A stretch of DNA of 64,000 nt from a virus (taxonomy: Duplodnaviria; Heunggongvirae; Uroviricota; Caudoviricetes), in the IMG/VR virus record IMGVR_UViG_2778261540_000003; one strand, 5' to 3'. Positions 61,626 through 64,000 of the stretch are shown piece after piece. Below the pieces are notes generated by a model, which saw nothing but the letters and a program-made list of their open reading frames with translations, was not told the origin of the DNA and ran no database searches. Both the position numbers and the translations under genes were made by a program. Within the stretch, counting starts at the first letter, position 1. Every line of letters begins with the position of its first letter.

Positions 61626-62477
61626 CTATTGCGCGCTTTCGGGGTTGTCGTTTACTGGCTGCCCCTTCTTAGTTTTACGGCTGCGCGTAACTGATGCGGC
61701 TGATTTGACCTTTTTCTCTTCGCGAGTGATGGCAATTTGTTTTTTTACATTTTCAATATCTGCCAGGCGATATATTTTTGCCTGCGGCCAGCGGTCGCAG
61801 ATGATCGGTTCTATAGAGTCATAAAGGCTAAATTTTGCTTTCTCGAATTCACCGTTGATGATGATTCCATCACGGAGAGTTTCATCGCAGATAAACACAC
61901 CACACAGCGGCACATGGTAACTAACTGATTTACCATCATTGTAGTTAGGGCTACTGGAAATGTAATGGACGCGCAGCATTGTTTCGCTAAAGCCGTGTAC
62001 ACGCATACGGAATTTTTCATCCTCCGGGTACTGCTTCATTAGCTCTTTTGTTGCTTCCAGGTTCTCTATGTATTTCGCACTGTGCTCATTGATCCCCGCG
62101 CTTTTCTGGATGCGAATGTCCTTATCAATCAGATGAATAATGCGGCCAGCGGTCATGTTGACGCTGTTCACAGCTTCTGTCTGATAAGTTGTAACCTTAC
62201 GCACACCGCGAAGGATGTTAGGCACTGGATATAAAATAGTCTTTGGGATATTGAGGTCTGGGTACTGTTCCAGTTCTCGCGCCATTAAAGTCCATTTATC
62301 AATTTCAGCCTGAATGCTGTCCGTTTCTTTGAACGGCAGAACGACAACCGGGCGTACAGGACGACCGTCGCTGGCGGCATCAACGTGTTGGGCGCGTGCA
62401 ACAGCTTTTTTTAGAAAGAGATCCCTGAAGCTGACGAACTCCTGGTACAGTTGTTCGCCGTAGACATAATTTATCAT
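61626..62477 (-). CDS. c1: C1 repressor of lysis
   Basis: 283-aa product starting MINYVYGEQLYQEFVSFRDLF recognised as P1 C1; its 17-bp operator motif recurs across the window. Confidence 0.9.
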   Translation of the reverse strand: MINYVYGEQLYQEFVSFRDLFLKKAVARAQHVDAASDGRPVRPVVVLPFKETDSIQAEIDKWTLMARELEQYPDLNIPKTILYPVPNILRGVRKVTTYQTEAVNSVNMTAGRIIHLIDKDIRIQKSAGINEHSAKYIENLEATKELMKQYPEDEKFRMRVHGFSETMLRVHYISSSPNYNDGKSVSYHVPLCGVFICDETLRDGIIINGEFEKAKFSLYDSIEPIICDRWPQAKIYRLADIENVKKQIAITREEKKVKSAASVTRSRKTKKGQPVNDNPESAQ

Positions 62478-62568
62478 TGATCCTCCTCCAGAATTGACAT
62501 GGCCAACAACTCACAGCGGATTACACTGGGAGTTGTTGGCCACCATTATAGAAGGATCCAACGAAAAT

Positions 62569-62586
62569 AATAGATTTATTAGTGCA
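62569..62586 (-). promoter_or_regulatory. C1-operator-like site between coi and c1
   Basis: Reverse complement reads ATGCACTAATAAATCTA, 12/17 match; approximate bounds. Confidence 0.4.
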
Positions 62587-62587
62587 T

Positions 62588-62797
62588 TTATTGTGAGTCT
62601 GGCTGGTTAGTGGCCATGAGATATTCGATTGTGTCAGTGAGATCATCCAGGTCGTCTTGGGTGATGCGGTACTCCTGATTGGATATCTTTGAGTAGTGTT
62701 CAGCAATGGCGCGGGCAGCGTCGGTTTCGGCAGGGTCTACAGATAAAGCGTTAGAGCAATGTCTAACGTCGTCGATGGTTGGTGGAATGAAAGCCAT
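62588..62797 (-). CDS. coi: C1 inactivator Coi
   Basis: 69-aa ORF immediately upstream of c1 on the same strand. Confidence 0.75.
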   Translation of the reverse strand: MAFIPPTIDDVRHCSNALSVDPAETDAARAIAEHYSKISNQEYRITQDDLDDLTDTIEYLMATNQPDSQ

Positions 62798-63035
62798 AAT
62801 TATGCCTCACTGTATTGACAACACAGAGCCTGAAGCTCTGACCTACTGTTTCACCCATGATCCATGCTGGGGTAATCTAACAACATTGCGCTGTGTGTAA
62901 GATGAGCAATGCATAGCTGTAATGCCGTTGTATAAGGTTTCCCTGTTTGCTCATTTCCTTCTGAGCCGCTCTACAACGCTGAAGACACATTAAATAGTGA
63001 ATCCAAAGTCGTATTACGAAACGGCGGCAAAACTA

Positions 63036-63052
63036 TAATTTATTAGAGCAAT
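63036..63052 (-). promoter_or_regulatory. C1-operator-like site (inverted)
   Basis: Reverse complement reads ATTGCTCTAATAAATTA, 16/17 match. Confidence 0.7.
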
Positions 63053-63118
63053 TGTCAAACAACAATGAAAAACAATCCAGTTTTTGGCTGGTGGAGTGGG
63101 ATTTTTCTCTCAAAATTT

Positions 63119-63135
63119 ATTGCTCTAATAATTCT
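63119..63135 (+). promoter_or_regulatory. C1-operator-like site
   Basis: ATTGCTCTAATAATTCT, 14/17 match, about 80 bp from the inverted copy at 63036. Confidence 0.6.
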
Positions 63136-63178
63136 TGATTTTTATGCGCAGCTGGACGTAAACTCCTCTTCGGACCTA

Positions 63179-63212
63179 ATAACTTCGTATAGCATACATT
63201 ATACGAAGTTAT
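63179..63212. other. loxP: loxP recombination site
   Basis: ATAACTTCGTATA-GCATACAT-TATACGAAGTTAT: exact canonical 34-bp loxP. Confidence 0.98.
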
Positions 63213-63401
63213 CTTAAGGGTTATTGAACATGATCAATTTACCTGTAAATCCATACAGTTCAATACCTTATCAGGTTAAATAGTGATCACTTGATCATTT
63301 GATCAAGGTTGCGCTACGTAAAATCTGCGAAATGTTGGCAGTGTTAGTGCTCCAGATTTCGCGTAGCGCACTTAGCACCACCAATCAATCAGAGGTGAAA
63401 A

Positions 63402-63623
63402 ATGGGATATTCAGCTGCTAAAGTGTCCACTCATCTTGAGCTTGAGAAAAACCGTGGTTACTGGCGGGCAAAAGGGTTTGATCGTGATAGTTGCCAACTG
63501 TCATTATCGCGCGGTGAAGAGAAAATAGAACGCACGCGCGGTCGCTGGCGTTTCTATGACGAGAACCATAAACAGGTAAAGGCAGAGCCAATCCTGTACA
63601 CTTTACTTAAAACTATTATCTGA
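63402..63623 (+). CDS. Small ORF between loxP and cre (cra-like)
   Basis: 73-aa ORF with RBS AGAGGTGAAAAATG ending 8 bp before cre. Confidence 0.4.
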   Translation: MGYSAAKVSTHLELEKNRGYWRAKGFDRDSCQLSLSRGEEKIERTRGRWRFYDENHKQVKAEPILYTLLKTII

Positions 63624-63630
63624 GTGTTAA

Positions 63631-64000
63631 ATGTCCAATTTACTGACCGTACACCAAAATTTGCCTGCATTACCGGTCGATGCAACGAGTGATGAGGTTC
63701 GCAAGAACCTGATGGACATGTTCAGGGATCGCCAGGCGTTTTCTGAGCATACCTGGAAAATGCTTCTGTCCGTTTGCCGGTCGTGGGCGGCATGGTGCAA
63801 GTTGAATAACCGGAAATGGTTTCCCGCAGAACCTGAAGATGTTCGCGATTATCTTCTATATCTTCAGGCGCGCGGTCTGGCAGTAAAAACTATCCAGCAA
63901 CATTTGGGCCAGCTAAACATGCTTCATCGTCGGTCCGGGCTGCCACGACCAAGTGACAGCAATGCTGTTTCACTGGTTATGCGGCGGATCCGAAAAGAAA
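63631..64000 (+). CDS. cre: Cre site-specific recombinase (5' part; continues past window end)
   Basis: N-terminus MSNLLTVHQNLPALPVDATSDEVRKNLMDMFRDRQAFSEHTWKMLLSVCRSWAAWCKLNNRKWFPAEPEDVRDYLLYLQARGLAVKTIQQHLGQLNMLHRR recognised as Cre; loxP about 420 bp upstream. Confidence 0.97.
   Translation, partial: MSNLLTVHQNLPALPVDATSDEVRKNLMDMFRDRQAFSEHTWKMLLSVCRSWAAWCKLNNRKWFPAEPEDVRDYLLYLQARGLAVKTIQQHLGQLNMLHRRSGLPRPSDSNAVSLVMRRIRKE

Overview
This window reads as one contiguous segment of a P1-like (Punavirus-type) temperate phage-plasmid, identified from sequence motifs and protein N-termini alone; no database search was run. Hand-placed sites may be off by 1-2 nt. Left to right: the 3' part of tail-fiber gene S with an internal cix-like site, a long minus-strand late operon (R, baseplate genes, the transglycosylase-containing Sit), an AT-rich two-gene envelope cassette, the immI-type region (operator, c4-like locus, icd, ant), kilA-repL, a hok/mok-type toxin locus, a second late structural operon, the plasmid maintenance core (parS, parB, parA, incA iterons, repA, oriR/incC), an overlapped spanin pair, uhr-hrdC-dmt, two tRNAs plus tRNA-like relics, upl-plp, a third tRNA, ban and a coupled downstream gene, a baseplate operon, several operator-controlled plus-strand operons of mostly unknown function, hot, a LexA-box-flanked divergent module, humD, phd-doc, pdcAB, lpa, pacA (with the pac site), pacB, c1, coi, loxP and the 5' end of cre. 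About fifteen copies of an ATTGCTCTAATAAATTT-like operator and three copies of a CAARTGAC-N6-TARAAT late-promoter-like motif organise the transcription units. No CRISPR array, rRNA or IS element was seen. The best candidates for non-backbone or undescribed content are the AT-rich envelope cassette at the sim-equivalent position, the glycosyltransferase-like/phosphatase operon, the SOS-box-flanked two-gene module, the hok-type locus, and the structured repeats around the tRNA genes; whether any of them differs from reference P1 needs an alignment I could not run.
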